Shown here: positions 52,038 through 64,000 of the stretch, one piece after another
How the letters are laid out: each line of letters starts with the position of its first letter
Numbering within the stretch: the stretch's first letter is position 1
DNA from: Tubiluchus corallicola
Taxonomy: Eukaryota > Animalia > Priapulida
Assembly: GCA_030141605.1 (NCBI GenBank)
Contig: JAQGDQ010000415.1
Span: forward strand, 62,001 to 126,000
Length of the DNA: 64,000 nucleotides
Direction of reading: 5' to 3'
The notes under the pieces: generated by a model
What the model was told of the DNA's origin: nothing
Databases searched by the model: none
Seen by the model: only the letters and a program-made list of their open reading frames with translations
Translations under genes and position numbers: made by a program

Positions 52038-53339
52038 ATAGAACTAAAGAAAAAAAGACTTATTACATTGAATATTATGGATAATATTGGGTGAAAGTAG
52101 GGGGCGCTGCAGTTCCACAGTACCTATATACAAGCCGCCACCGCATTCGATTATGTTGGATTATTAGACAAAATTTTCATCTGTAATGCAGAAAGAACAG
52201 ATTGTCAAAGTGTAATGAGAATTCCTTCTCCACAATATGTGACGTATGTGTGACGTCACACAGGTGTGTAAAGTCAGTTACACACTCAATTCGTGTTCTT
52301 CGTTGATACTTATACATGCGTTATACATACATCAACAAACTTTATGTTTTCTTTATGTATATTAGCATCGTGGCCTGAATTAATTGCATCCCTATAAAAG
52401 TACGTACGGTGTTATGGCCATAATATCCGCTTGTAGAATGAAATGGCAAAAAATTTGGTTACAACACGACTGCATTGCATCTCTGGCTTGATCATAATGA
52501 GTGTAGTAGGTGCATGGGCCTTTTTTGGTTTTAATTTAGTTTTCAATTACTGCCACGGTGCTGCCACCTGTTTGTTATTTAGTAGACATTTAGCTTTTTA
52601 CACTACTCACTCTTTTAAAATTGAAGCACCTAATATCCTTCAGTACATTAGCATTTTGACGTTGCGTGAGCAATAGCTGTAGTAGTTGTATGACATTTTA
52701 CCTGTCTTTTGGTTCTCTCCGCCATTGCTCTATTTTTTTGTCTGTGATGAGTATTATGACTGCGAATTTCTTACGAATTTATTGTTGTGACATTGTTGTT
52801 CTTAAGGCTGCTTGGAGTTCTCATTCCTGTCTTTGTAACTGTTAAAGGCTCTAACAACGTAAGTTATTGTTAATTAATTTCAATATAGTTTACATAATTT
52901 TATATCAGTTCTTAGTTATAGCAATACATTTAATCTATACATTACATTAGCAACTAATTTTCTTCTACTCAATGCAAATTAAACTAAATGTTAATAATTG
53001 TATTTCAGAATAAAGAAACTTTTGGTCAACACGTTAAACTGGTGTTTTGTATCCATTTCAATGAGAGAATGACGAAGGACACAAAGCAAAATCGAGACCA
53101 CCTTGTTATCATCAAACTTGAATGACAATCATACTAGGCGTCCACACGGTCCGTGAAAACTGACATACTCGACACTGACAGGGTGTTGAACGACTGCGTG
53201 GACGCCTATCAGCACGTAGCTGACAACTCGGCTATTCACCTCGCCAGTGAGGAAAACAAATCCCATTACGCATTACCTACGGCTGAGAATCTCTGCGAGC
53301 TTATTACGTATTCAGCTTAATGTTTTTCTACAGCGCCAT

Positions 53340-53640
53340 TAAGACCTTGTTACAAACCAAATAATATAAAATGTGTTGTCTACAAAAACTGGTGAGCATT
53401 AGTTAGATAAAAAAAAGTTGAAACCGATAGATGGCGTAACGTAGATAGAAGACACAGACTCTGTAATTGTGGAGTAATCCAAACTGAAAATCACATTTTG
53501 ATGGACTGTCATTTAACAACTGAAACTAGAAGATTCAACAATGTTGACTTTACATCCATAACGTCAATTATGAATAGCAATTTTGCATTTGACATTTGTT
53601 TAATTTTTTAAAAGGTTATGAATAAGAAAACACACTAATT
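53340..53640 (+). mobile_element. LINE C-terminal Cys/His finger fragment
   Basis: VETDRWRNVDRRHRLCNCGVIQTENHILMDC. Confidence 0.6.
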
Positions 53641-53869
53641 TTAGAAGTACCATAATGAAGTGTTACAATTCTATAAATTTCTGTAAACTTAGCTTTTACT
53701 GAATGATTCTTATTATTGTCTTACTTACTGAAATTTTTTTTACGGTATGACAATTTGTTATTGTGATTTTTTTACCTTTGTGTAATGTTGCTGATTTCTG
53801 AAAAGTAGAAAATTTTGGACAATGAAACGTTTCAACTCCGCTAACCCTGCTAAAGATTGTAAATACTAA

Positions 53870-53941
53870 TACCACCACCGCCGCCACCGCCGCCACCACT
53901 AGCTACTGCTACTGCTGCTGCTGCTACTACTACTGCTACTG

Positions 53942-53991
<50 letters not shown>

Positions 53992-54031
53992 ACTGCTACT
54001 GCTACTGCTACTGCTACTGCTACTGCTACTG

Positions 54032-54128
<97 letters not shown>

Positions 54129-54285
54129 GACTACTACCATGTTTATGCCTATGTGCATGTCCATGTCCATGTTTATGCCTATGTGCATGTCCATGTCCAT
54201 GTTTATGCCTATGTGCATGTGCGTGTGCGTGTGCCTATGTGCATGTGCGTGTGCGTGTGCCTATGTGCATGTCCATGTCCATGTT
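53870..54285. repeat. (CTG/CTA)n microsatellite followed by short 30-bp and (TGCG/CATG)-type repeats
   Basis: Direct reading. Confidence 0.92.
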
Positions 54286-54465
54286 TATATAATAACTCGT
54301 AAAGAAAACAGCTACAGATTGCTCGAACCGGCTGAAGATATAAAGTCCTACGGCCCAATAAAGCGACCTATTGGAACTCATTATGAAACTGCTAACACCT
54401 CATTTTGACAATAACCGCAAAAAGAAATAATCCCAATTTTAACGAAAAGCGGGAAAATGGTTTAA

Positions 54466-55052
54466 AGAAAGAACAAGTCACTCAGTATGTTGGGTTTATT
54501 TTACTGTTGTCACTTAAACTTAGAAAAATATTAGAAAACAAATTTGGAAAAAATTTCTATAAAGCATAGATCTAAAATATACTACCTCTGAACAGAAATT
54601 TTCTGTCGCGATGGTTGCCGTCATTCGTTTGAAATCATGACGTAACTTTGAGACTTCGCGACTTTTTGTAAGCGCATCATGACTTTCTGTAAGCGCACGC
54701 TGCTTAAACTAATTCAAATTTCTGCGGTTTACCTAATTTTCTCGCAAAAATGTTACAAAATCTGTTATCTGAATTTTTGTAAAAACTTATTATACTTTTG
54801 ATGAAGATTGACAGTGCGCTACTTTTCTTCAAGACGAATGACGTCATTGGAAGAAGAATGGACATTGAAAATGCGAGCGCTCAAACATGAAGTGATCGCG
54901 ACTTTAATGCGATTTTATTAATTACACGAGGCGCTTGTTGCAGTTTTATTACTAAATATTTAGTTAATAATTAGTAAAGTTTAATTAATCCGTCTAACAT
55001 TTTTCGAGAACATTGAAACAAGCCTAACCTCCCAGAAGGCTTGACCTTTCCT
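54466..55052 (+). mobile_element. TTAA-flanked (Kolobok-like) family F copy
   Basis: TTAA|AGAAAG...CTTTCCT|TTAA; colinear with 24635-25094. Confidence 0.8.
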
Positions 55053-55660
55053 TTAAAACTTTTAAGACCATTTAGCTACTTACGTCGCTTAAATTAAAGA
55101 CGACACAGACAGTACAAAGTCACAGAGAATTGACGAACATTGATGAATTTCTTATGAAGAGAAGGGCTGTGACTTTGGGTTATTGACGTAGGAAAGTGTT
55201 GAAAATTAAATATTGATCGATACTTCGCCTTTGGTGAAGTAGTGAAATCGCTAAGGGTGGAAAAATTGCGTTACAAGTTGCACCTGTTCAATAATAGAGA
55301 AGCCTAAATGTATGGAAACTGAAACCTGTGGGGCATACGAAGCCACCCGGATTTCTGAAAGCTTTGTGCCACGGGGACAGTAAACAAATTTGTAACCTGG
55401 AGAACTTGGGTTTGGCAAAACTTCGTGTATTGAAGTTGAAAAACCTTGGTGTAGCAATGTAAGAAAACTGCTGATGCCATTCAAGTAATAGTGGTAGGAG
55501 CTTTGTTAATGTCAGATTTTAAGTGCACACATTTTCCATCGCAACGTTTTCATATGATCTGTGATAAGTCTTAATACATTCAAGTCAATCAGTTTTATTT
55601 ACATGTAGAACAACTCCCTGCAAAGAGAGCAACAGCTTCCTGTATAAATCTGTTGTCTAA

Positions 55661-56162
55661 AGGAAGACGGGATGATTGTTTAGATCTCATTTTATTTATT
55701 GTCCAAGATATTCGAATAATTAGCTTAGAAAGTTAATTAACGGCAACCGAACACAGCTATTGCTTACGTGAGAAACTAACCACAGTTTGTGCAATGGTAG
55801 GCATCTTCTCTTGCACATCAAACACATTCGCATAAGTGTTACAGTACCTTTTAGACGCATGATGTCACGAAAAATGGGCTTTACATCATATGACGTCAGA
55901 AACTAATACAGCAGTTCATGGTCATGGTTATCACGGTACCGCCTTCTATTTGTCGGCCATGCGAATGTGACAAAAAGGCACCGCTGCCAATCTTAGTAGA
56001 TTCACTGAGCCACGCGTAGCTTTGAACGTTTGTCAAAATTTGGGTATCCGAGGTAATTATTATTTAATCTAAGCTTTGACATAAAAAACCTTATTGTAGT
56101 TTTCAACATTTTAGAGCATTCTCTATTCTAAAGTAATGTTTATGCAGTCATCTGGTTTTCCT
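55661..56162 (-). mobile_element. Family G (Kolobok-like) copy, inverted
   Basis: Reverse complement of the 56657-57184 body; ends ggttttcct|ttaa. Confidence 0.75.
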
Positions 56163-56656
56163 TTAATAAAGAATTATAATAAAAAATACGAAGTTTTAAA
56201 CGCATTACACAGCTGTTAGAGTATATAGATTTATATTGAAAACTGCATTCTTCAATTATTATAAACGATTGTTTGTCCCTTTTAACAACCGTGCCACGAC
56301 TTCAAATGAATGTCCACGCGTATCACGCCAATCAAGCACTAAATTACTAGGAAATCCGGTTATGGCAGCTCAGATGAGAGGAAATGCTTCACAGAAAGAC
56401 GAACCAACGAAGTGCGAACATTCTCTGAATGAAAATGAATGCGAACGGAAATTTGATTTGTTAGTTGCGCAATAATACTGTCACTTCTGCGTTATTAGAT
56501 CCCACAAATCTACAAATGAAAAAGACGTGTCGGCAAACTGTTACAGTTAAAGTACTTAGTGGTTTCAGCTATGGCTTCACTGTTAATTACGTGTTACAGA
56601 AATGGAAAAACCTGGCTTCATTCAAGTAGATTTCAAACGCGAATACACGATTTTAA

Positions 56657-57184
56657 AGGGCAACCGAACGATTGTGTAGACATCCAAACAAACTATGATC
56701 TGAAATGTTGAAAACTACAATAGCTTTTTAAATCAAAGTTTATGTTAAATAATAATTACCTCGGATACCCAAATTTTGTTAAACTTTCAAAGCTATGCGC
56801 GGCTCAGTGAATCTACTCAGATTGGCAAGCGCGTCTTTTTGTCACATTCGCGTGGCCGACAAATAGAAGACAGTACCGTGATAACCATGACCATGAACTG
56901 CTGTATTAGTTTCTGACGTCATATGACGTAGAGCCCATTTTCGCGACATCACGCGTTAAAACTTACGCAAACGTCCTTGACGCGCAGGGAAGATGCTTGC
57001 CATTGCACACCCTGTGGTTAATTTGTGACGTAAGCAATAGCTGTGTGCGGTTGCCATTAATTAACTTTCCAAAGTAATTATCCGAATATTAGAAACAAAT
57101 GCTAACTTTTATAGGCAAGAAAATGTATATTCTGCGCAGTTAATTAAATTGAGATTAAGGTCTAATCAATCGTCCGGTTTTCCT
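56657..57184 (+). mobile_element. Family G (Kolobok-like) full-length copy
   Basis: TTAA|AGGGCAACCGAACGATTG...CAATCGTCCGGTTTTCCT|TTAA. Confidence 0.82.
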
Positions 57185-57439
57185 TTAAAATCGTGCATTC
57201 GCTTTCGAAATCTACTTGTAGGAAGCCAGGTTTTTCCTGAGAATATTGAATGATGCATCATTACCTTTTATCTTCTAATTGGTCCAAACTTTGTTTGTAA
57301 ACATTCGACGTCGAACGAAAATCCCGAGTTCCATAGTTATCCAACAGGTGTCGTTTAAGTTTTTTGTACATTAGATTCGTTTGGTTGAAATTGTGCATCA
57401 TTGGCATACAGGTAAAAGGAAAAAGTCATAATGAAGGCA

Positions 57440-60183
57440 GTTTCGTAGCTTTGCATCAGTACTGATGAACGAGACGTGAGGTTGCCTTCGTAGCGTGATA
57501 AAAGTATGTATAAAATATGAAGTCTTGTTTAGCATACGTGATCGTATAGTATATTGAACATAAAGTGCACTGATGAACATCCACAATAAGTCTTCGAGGG
57601 TAAAAACGCCTGGTGCAGAGCAAAACACTTGAGTCTGCAAACTGAGTGTCTTCCAGCTGATGTTGTTGGTCCTTATATGCCCCAATTCTGAAACTAAACT
57701 TAGTTGATTTATGTCACACATCCAAAAATATCTATCCTTAGTAACACCTAGCAACGAGCCTCTGCTGACCTGTCACCATAGTAACGTCCTCTGCTGACTT
57801 GTCACCATGGAGATGGGCACTACTTCTAAGTTGCTGTTGATTGGCCTTTAGGCGCAGTAATATAAGACACGTCTTAATACACATCTGATTGGCTAAACTA
57901 ACAGCTCCCAGCATACTTCCGGTGGTAGGGTCAGTGACTCTTCAGTATTATAATCTCACGCCTGCAAAGTGTTCACCGGAAGTTGCTCTTTACAAGTGGC
58001 GTTTGTCCGTAAGACGCATATGCAAATAGGCAAGCAGACTACGCAAACCGCTTACAATACTGAAATGCCGGCTCTGTTACTAAAACAAAAACTGAAAAAT
58101 TTTCCTTTCTTTGAGATGAATTTTTACCACATATATAAAATAACAGGAATGAGTAACTAACATAGATTATCAATTTTGAATTTTGACGATAACAGTCCTG
58201 TCTCAGCGTCTCAGCGTCAAACTCCCAAACAGTTCCAAACGTTACGCGCAAATTGCGTTTGATTACAGAATTTCTTAATTCATGATTTCCAATTAAGGCG
58301 AACGCACATTTAACTTAATTAATAGTAATATGCTTACCTTTATTATGATGCTCGAATTCGTTAATTTTTCATTCAACGATATACTAAATTATTAATGTTT
58401 GCTCGCGACAAATGAAGCGTTTCATTACTGATGAGCTTTAATGCCTCGAGAATACTTAGGAAAATTAACAAACAGCAATTAGTAACAATAACACAACGCG
58501 TTTGAAAGATGCTTTTGATTTTTTTCCAAATGCTACGGCGTGTTCAGACTAGCCAGTTTTTTCTCGCGAGTTCTCACTGAGTGCAAACTTGCAAGTGTGA
58601 ACGGTTTTGCGAGTTAGTGTAGTGACTTTTGCTGAGTGTGAACTCGCTCTAGCTGTCGGAGAGAACTCGCACCAACTCTCGGAGAGGTCGGAAAACTTGA
58701 CCGACAGAATGACCAACTACAAACTACCTTCACAAATGCTTAGCGAGTGTGTTAAAACATTCATCATTTCTCTATATCGTACATCAGTTTACATTGTAAT
58801 TATGAAATATTACTAACTCCCACTATAACTCAAACTATCTATTACCAATACGTTGTTTTTTCTCACTACTAATTCTAGTGGCCTAACATAAGCTTGCTTT
58901 TTAGGTCTCTAGTGCAGAATTCAAGAATTATATCTTAATTTTGTTGTATTAGCAAAAAATTTATTATCGATGTACTAGTGATGCGTAAATATTTGTTTAG
59001 TGCGAAATAAATCGATTGAATTGAATTTAAAAAAACTTCGAAATGGTTTTGACAGTCTACGTTTTGCGTTCCGCCATTTTTCCGACTATTCATACAGCTT
59101 GGCAAATGCGCCTGCGTTCATTTTCTACTTTCAAACGTTTTTTAAAATGTTTTTGTAAACACTTAAATACCACTAAACGTCAAAATACAAAGGTCAATGT
59201 TAAAATTCGTTTAAATACAATCATAATTTAATCACTTGAAAGCGAAAAGAATCCCCATAGAATATTATATGCATAGAGATGTAGGTTGTAAAGTAAAAGA
59301 ACAAGCATTTCAACATTGTTAACTGGTAAATCTGTATCGAGATGTAGGTTGTTAAGTAAAAGAGCAAGCATTTCAATATTGTTAACTTGTAAATCTGTAA
59401 CGAGATGTAGGTTGTAAAGTAAAAGAGTAAGCATTTCAACATTGTTAACTGGTAAATCTGTATCGAGATGTAGGTTGTAAAGTAAAAGAGTAAGCATTTC
59501 AACATTGTTAACTGGTAAATCTGTATCGAGATGTAGGTTGTAAAGTAAAAGAGCAAGCATTTCAACATTGTTAACGTGTAAATCTGCTTGCCTGTTTGCA
59601 TCTGTGTCTTGCGAACGTACGCCACTTTGTAAAGAGTAACTTCCTGTGAACACTCTGCAGGCGTGAGATTATAATACTTAAGAGTTCTGACGCTGCTACC
59701 GGAAGTACGTTACTAGAAGCTGTTACTCTGACCAATCAGATGTGTATTGAGTTGTGCCTTATATTACTGCGCCTAAAGGCCAATCAACAGCAACTTAGAA
59801 GTAGTGCCTGTCTCCATGGTGACACGGCAGTAGTGGACGTTACTATGGTGACTGGTCAGCAGAGGCTCGTTGCTAAGTGTTACTAACGATAGATATTTTT
59901 AGATGTGTGACTAACCAAGTTTAGGCTCAGAATTTGGTATATAAGGATTGGCATTATCAGCTGGAGAGTAGTAAGTTTGTAGCCTCAAGTGCTTTGCTAT
60001 AGACTCTGCACCAAGCGCTTTCTCTGTCCTCTTAGACTTATTGTGGATGTTCATCAGTGCGCTTTGTGTTCAATATACTATACGATCACATATGATAAAC
60101 AAGACTTTATGTTTCATACTTCATCACGCTAAGAAGACAACTACAAGACATCGTTCATTATTACTGATACCAAGTTACGAACC
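57440..60183. repeat. Long inverted repeat: arms ~57440-58080 and ~59545-60183
   Basis: e.g. tagcaacgagcctctgctgacc versus ggtcagcagaggctcgttgcta; paired near-identical short ORFs on opposite strands (MFISALYVQYTIRS / MFISALCVQYTIRS; MFTGSCSLQ / MFTGSYSLQ). Confidence 0.85.
59270..59585 (+). repeat. 63-bp tandem repeat (~5 copies)
   Basis: Unit gagatgtaggttgtaaagtaaaagagcaagcatttcaacattgttaactggtaaatctgtatc. Confidence 0.92.
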
Positions 60184-60219
60184 AAAATCATTATTGCTGA
60201 ACATCGTTATTAGTGTAAA

Positions 60220-60220
60220 C

Positions 60221-60295
<75 letters not shown>

Positions 60296-60318
60296 CGTGC
60301 GTACGTGTGTGTGTATAT
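60220..60318. repeat. (AT)n(GT)n microsatellite
   Basis: Direct reading. Confidence 0.95.
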
Positions 60319-61179
60319 ATGTGTCAAGATGTATCGCTAGATTTTTTGATATGCAACATTTTATAAGCACCCATTTTAAACCTGTTCTATGTCAGAAGCT
60401 CATATGTGTGCTTACAAGGAAGTTTACCCTGTTCATATTCAGGGGATGTATTACCCAATAGGCTAACTAGGCAATAGCTTACGGTTTACAAAAATTCTTA
60501 TTCGTTTCGGAAAATGTGTATACTTTCATATTCATGTAAAGGATGCATTTTGTAGTTACCAGCAGCAGGTTTTATATAAGTGCCACATAACGAACAGGTG
60601 CAAGGTATTACACAGCAAGCACTTGTGCAGCCTGCTTGAATGTAAGCGCCATGCAAATGCATGTAATTATTAACGACCACGTAGAAACTAGGCTAACAGC
60701 GTTTCTAATACACCACAAGTAATTGTTTGATCTGCCCATTACACAAACAACTATAAATTCACAATAGACATGGTCGGGACAGAACTATCAGCCCAAGGCG
60801 TCTTAAAGTCTTGATTACGCCAGTGATCATATTCATCACACGATGGATGGCTTTGCTGAAAACGTCGTCTTTCCGATGAATCTTGCTACACAGAGTCATA
60901 GAAGCAAACGATTCAGAATTTTTTATGTTAAGCATGTTACGCAAAATGTTGCAACACGAGCCGCAAAAATCGTAACCCTCGAGGGTCCTGGCGTGATATG
61001 AATATATAGCATTGTTAAAGGTTAGCTGATGGTAGTGACGCAGGAATTTGCTGTGATTTGAGAAACATAGCGCTTACGGACTTTCTACACGTACAGAGAC
61101 GAACAGTTTAGGCTGTTTCTGAAGCAAATCATCTCTGGAGCAAGACTGACAGCACATAATGGTACAAAGAAAATTTTTA

Positions 61180-61840
61180 AAAGTACGATACGAAATTATC
61201 GTACAATAGTTTTTCAAAAGTACAGTACGGTACGGAATTACAGTACAATACTTTTTCAAAAGTACAGTTACAGTACAATATTTTTTCAAAAGTACAGTAC
61301 GGTATGAAAACAATGTGTAAAGTACGGTACGGAGTTACAGTACGATATTTTTTCAAAAGTACAGTACGGTACGAAAACAATGTGTAATGTACGATACGGA
61401 GTTACAGTACGATATTTTTTGAAAAGTACAGTACGGTACAAAAAAATCCTTAAAGTACGGTACGGGGTTACAGTACGATATTTTTTCAAAAGTACAGTAC
61501 GGTACGAAAACAATGTGTAAAGTATGGTACGGAGTTACAGTACGATATTTTTTCAAAAGTACAGTACGGTACGAAAACAATGTGTAAAGTATGGTACGGA
61601 GTTACAGTACGATATTTTTTGAAAAGTACAGTACGGTACGAAAACAATGTGTAAAGTACGGTACGGAGTTACAGTACGATATTTTTTCAAAAGTACAGTA
61701 CTTTACGAAAAAAATGTGTAAAGTACGGTACGGAGTTACAGTGCGATATTTTTTCAAAAGTACAGTACGGTACGAAAAAAATCTCCTTAAAGTACTTTAC
61801 GGAATTATGGTACGATATTTTTTCAAAAGTACAGTATGGT
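61180..61840 (+). repeat. 67-bp GTAC-rich tandem repeat (~9-10 copies)
   Basis: Unit tttcaaaagtacagtacggtacgaaaacaatgtgtaaagtacggtacggagttacagtacgatattt; ORF starts offset by 67. Confidence 0.92.
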
Positions 61841-62349
61841 GCGAAATCACGCTGTTTTTTACCTTTTCGTACCTTTTCCGTACTACCATTTTTGCTAAGT
61901 TTATTGTAACGTTTCTATTTGTCAACATGACGACTTGTTTTGCTCGAGGGTGGAACTGGTTTGGAACCCGCAAGTTGTTTGGAAGCCCCGCTTGTCATTT
62001 CCCGTAAATTGCGTTTATTGTTGTAATTAACAAATTAAAATACATCAGTTTGCATTGAATAAAATTCGCATTACTTACATTAAAAATACGATAAAATAAA
62101 AAAGTCAATAAATTATATACGAAATGTAAATTTTTCAAAATTGGGAACTAATAATAATTTTTTATAAAAGTCTATTACATTTGCATCATTTTAATAAACA
62201 CGTTTCGGCTAGCTTCCTACTAAAAACGGATGAACTGTCAATGTCATAACTGAGGTCATTCCATATAGTAAAAATTCTGTTTAAAAAAGTTTATTTATGC
62301 AAGTTCGTTTACTAATGTACTTATTTACTAATATTATTCCCGCCTTATG

Positions 62350-62776
62350 TTCTTTCTTTATACGAGCACGTGAGGCTACTACTGTTTGATTCACAGCCCA
62401 GCACAATGCGTTGTACAGGTCAAGCAATGTGGTGTTTGGCTGTTGTGCGCATGCGGCCACGTGTCTGAAATAACGACGCTGCACTTTAGGTAGAAAGAGT
62501 ACTGTCACTCACGCAGTGTGCGTTGTCAGTTGTCACGTGCTTAAAAGCCGTGTACCAGCATATTCTTGAGCTGCGACAATTTAGACTATTAGTAAGAAAA
62601 CAACATTTTTGTTTAGGATTTTTATCAAGTTTTATGTATAAAGTTTTATGTTTGTTTGTTTAAAATTACAGCATTAAACTTACACAAGTTTGTTTCGTTT
62701 TACAAAGTATTAAAACAATGGCTAAAAAATTTTCTGAAGCAGCACCCCCAGTAATTTTAGCTACGAGCCGCCATTG
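62350..62776 (+). mobile_element. Partial copy of the hAT element at 26785-27639
   Basis: Colinear 3' half ending cgagccgccattg. Confidence 0.75.
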
Positions 62777-62999
62777 TTCGTTACAACACAACGACTTGTA
62801 CCTCGTATTAACGACATTTTCGTTCACATTTTTTCTACAATGGCCCTCATGCGCTTCCGTAGTCACAACAGTACGAAGAGGATAAAATACTTTAGTTTAA
62901 ACATAATTTATTATTGGATTAGATCAGACAGTTTGAACAACATGATTAAGGATCCTCACCACAACAGACTTTATACACTATTTACAAAAACATTTACAG

Positions 63000-63400
63000 T
63001 AAGAATTGACTATAACTACACAAGCTGACAAGTTTTACTACAAGATTACATTAGACATTAGTAGAAAATGACGGTTAGAAAATATTCATGTACGAATATT
63101 TAAGACTGATGCATTTCATATCAGATAAAAACTACTGGAAGCGTTTAGTACGTAATATAAAGTCATGTATACATTGGAATATTTTACAGTTAGCAACATA
63201 GTTAAATTCATCTTTTGCGAACTTCAACAGATCATTAGTTCCTAAAGCAGCTATATTAAAGTTCTCGGGCAGAAGTATTCCATACTTCTGAGGTAAAATA
63301 CTTTAGTTGAGCACGTGTCAAGAGATAAGGAGCGAAGTTAGCTGTTTAAACTTTCATGCCTAATACGATTTGCCGGTGCTGCTAATGCAATTTCAACGGC
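63000..63400 (-). mobile_element. CR1/L2-like LINE 3' fragment
   Basis: Minus-strand ...LLKFAKDEFNYVANCKIFQCIHDFILRTKRFQ*, the same terminus type as 18870-19100. Confidence 0.6.
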
Positions 63401-63717
63401 TAACCGAGTTCGCTGCTCAAAACAGTTTTCAATAATTCCCGGTAGCTCCCAATAGCTCCCATTAGATTTGCCTGAAGGATAACTTAACAGAATTATAAGG
63501 ATACATGCTATATCATAATCCATCTGCTATCTGTAAGCACTGTTTCTTATTAAGTTATACCTGTAGAGCGTAGGCCAGAGTTATATCAATCCGTACAATG
63601 CATTTGTGTTAAAGATGACAAAGGATTAGACAAACTTATAAAACAAAATTTTTAATAAGCCTTTTCGCAATTTCGTTATGTGCGCACGCTCAGTTGCAGT
63701 ATATCAAAAGTTAAGTG

Positions 63718-63918
<201 letters not shown>

Positions 63919-64000
63919 GCATCCACAAGAATCATTACAGCACAGCCCTTCCAAAGAATTTAATAAGATGTTTATTATCGTTATACCACAGCAACGCCTC

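Noticed and set aside
57265-57400. Possible first-helix exon of the channel on the minus strand (YKKLKRHLLDNYGTRDFR...DK|gtaatg)
   Set aside because: Lacks the RP motif, ends in phase 2 whereas the 68-nt exon needs phase 1, has no clear acceptor, and also resembles a LINE terminus
58420-58460. Hammerhead-like core ctgatgag...ctcgagaa (also ctgatgaaac at ~9195)
   Set aside because: The conserved GAAA and stems I/III could not be formed
59221-59653. Repeat ORFs with a 21-aa period resembling leucine-rich repeats
   Set aside because: Translation of the 63-bp tandem array; no gene context

Overview
AT-rich, repeat-dense animal (invertebrate-type) genomic DNA. Three protein-coding units are supported: (1) the terminal exon of a + strand gene (6711-7745) resembling the C-terminus of kintoun/DNAAF2; (2) an intronless class A peptide-type GPCR (9393-10445, +); (3) a large minus-strand Cys-loop anion channel subunit most like GABA-gated Rdl. 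Seven of its exons (45865 down to 18289) splice in frame by hand; its signal-peptide and first-helix exons were not found and probably lie beyond the window. The rest is introns and intergenic DNA filled with decayed LINEs (CR1/L2-like, RTE-like), a solo LTR with a 5-bp TSD, many non-autonomous DNA transposons (hAT with 8-bp TSD, TTAA-flanked piggyBac- and Kolobok-like, TA-flanked MITEs), minisatellites and microsatellites. The most unusual items are a near-intact 5S rRNA copy fused to a GC-rich body with a (GAA)n tail (candidate 5S-derived SINE) and several long inverted repeats inside or upstream of the channel exons. No CRISPR array or prokaryote-type system is present. Family names come from manual motif recognition without database searches, and repeat boundaries are approximate unless a TSD is given.
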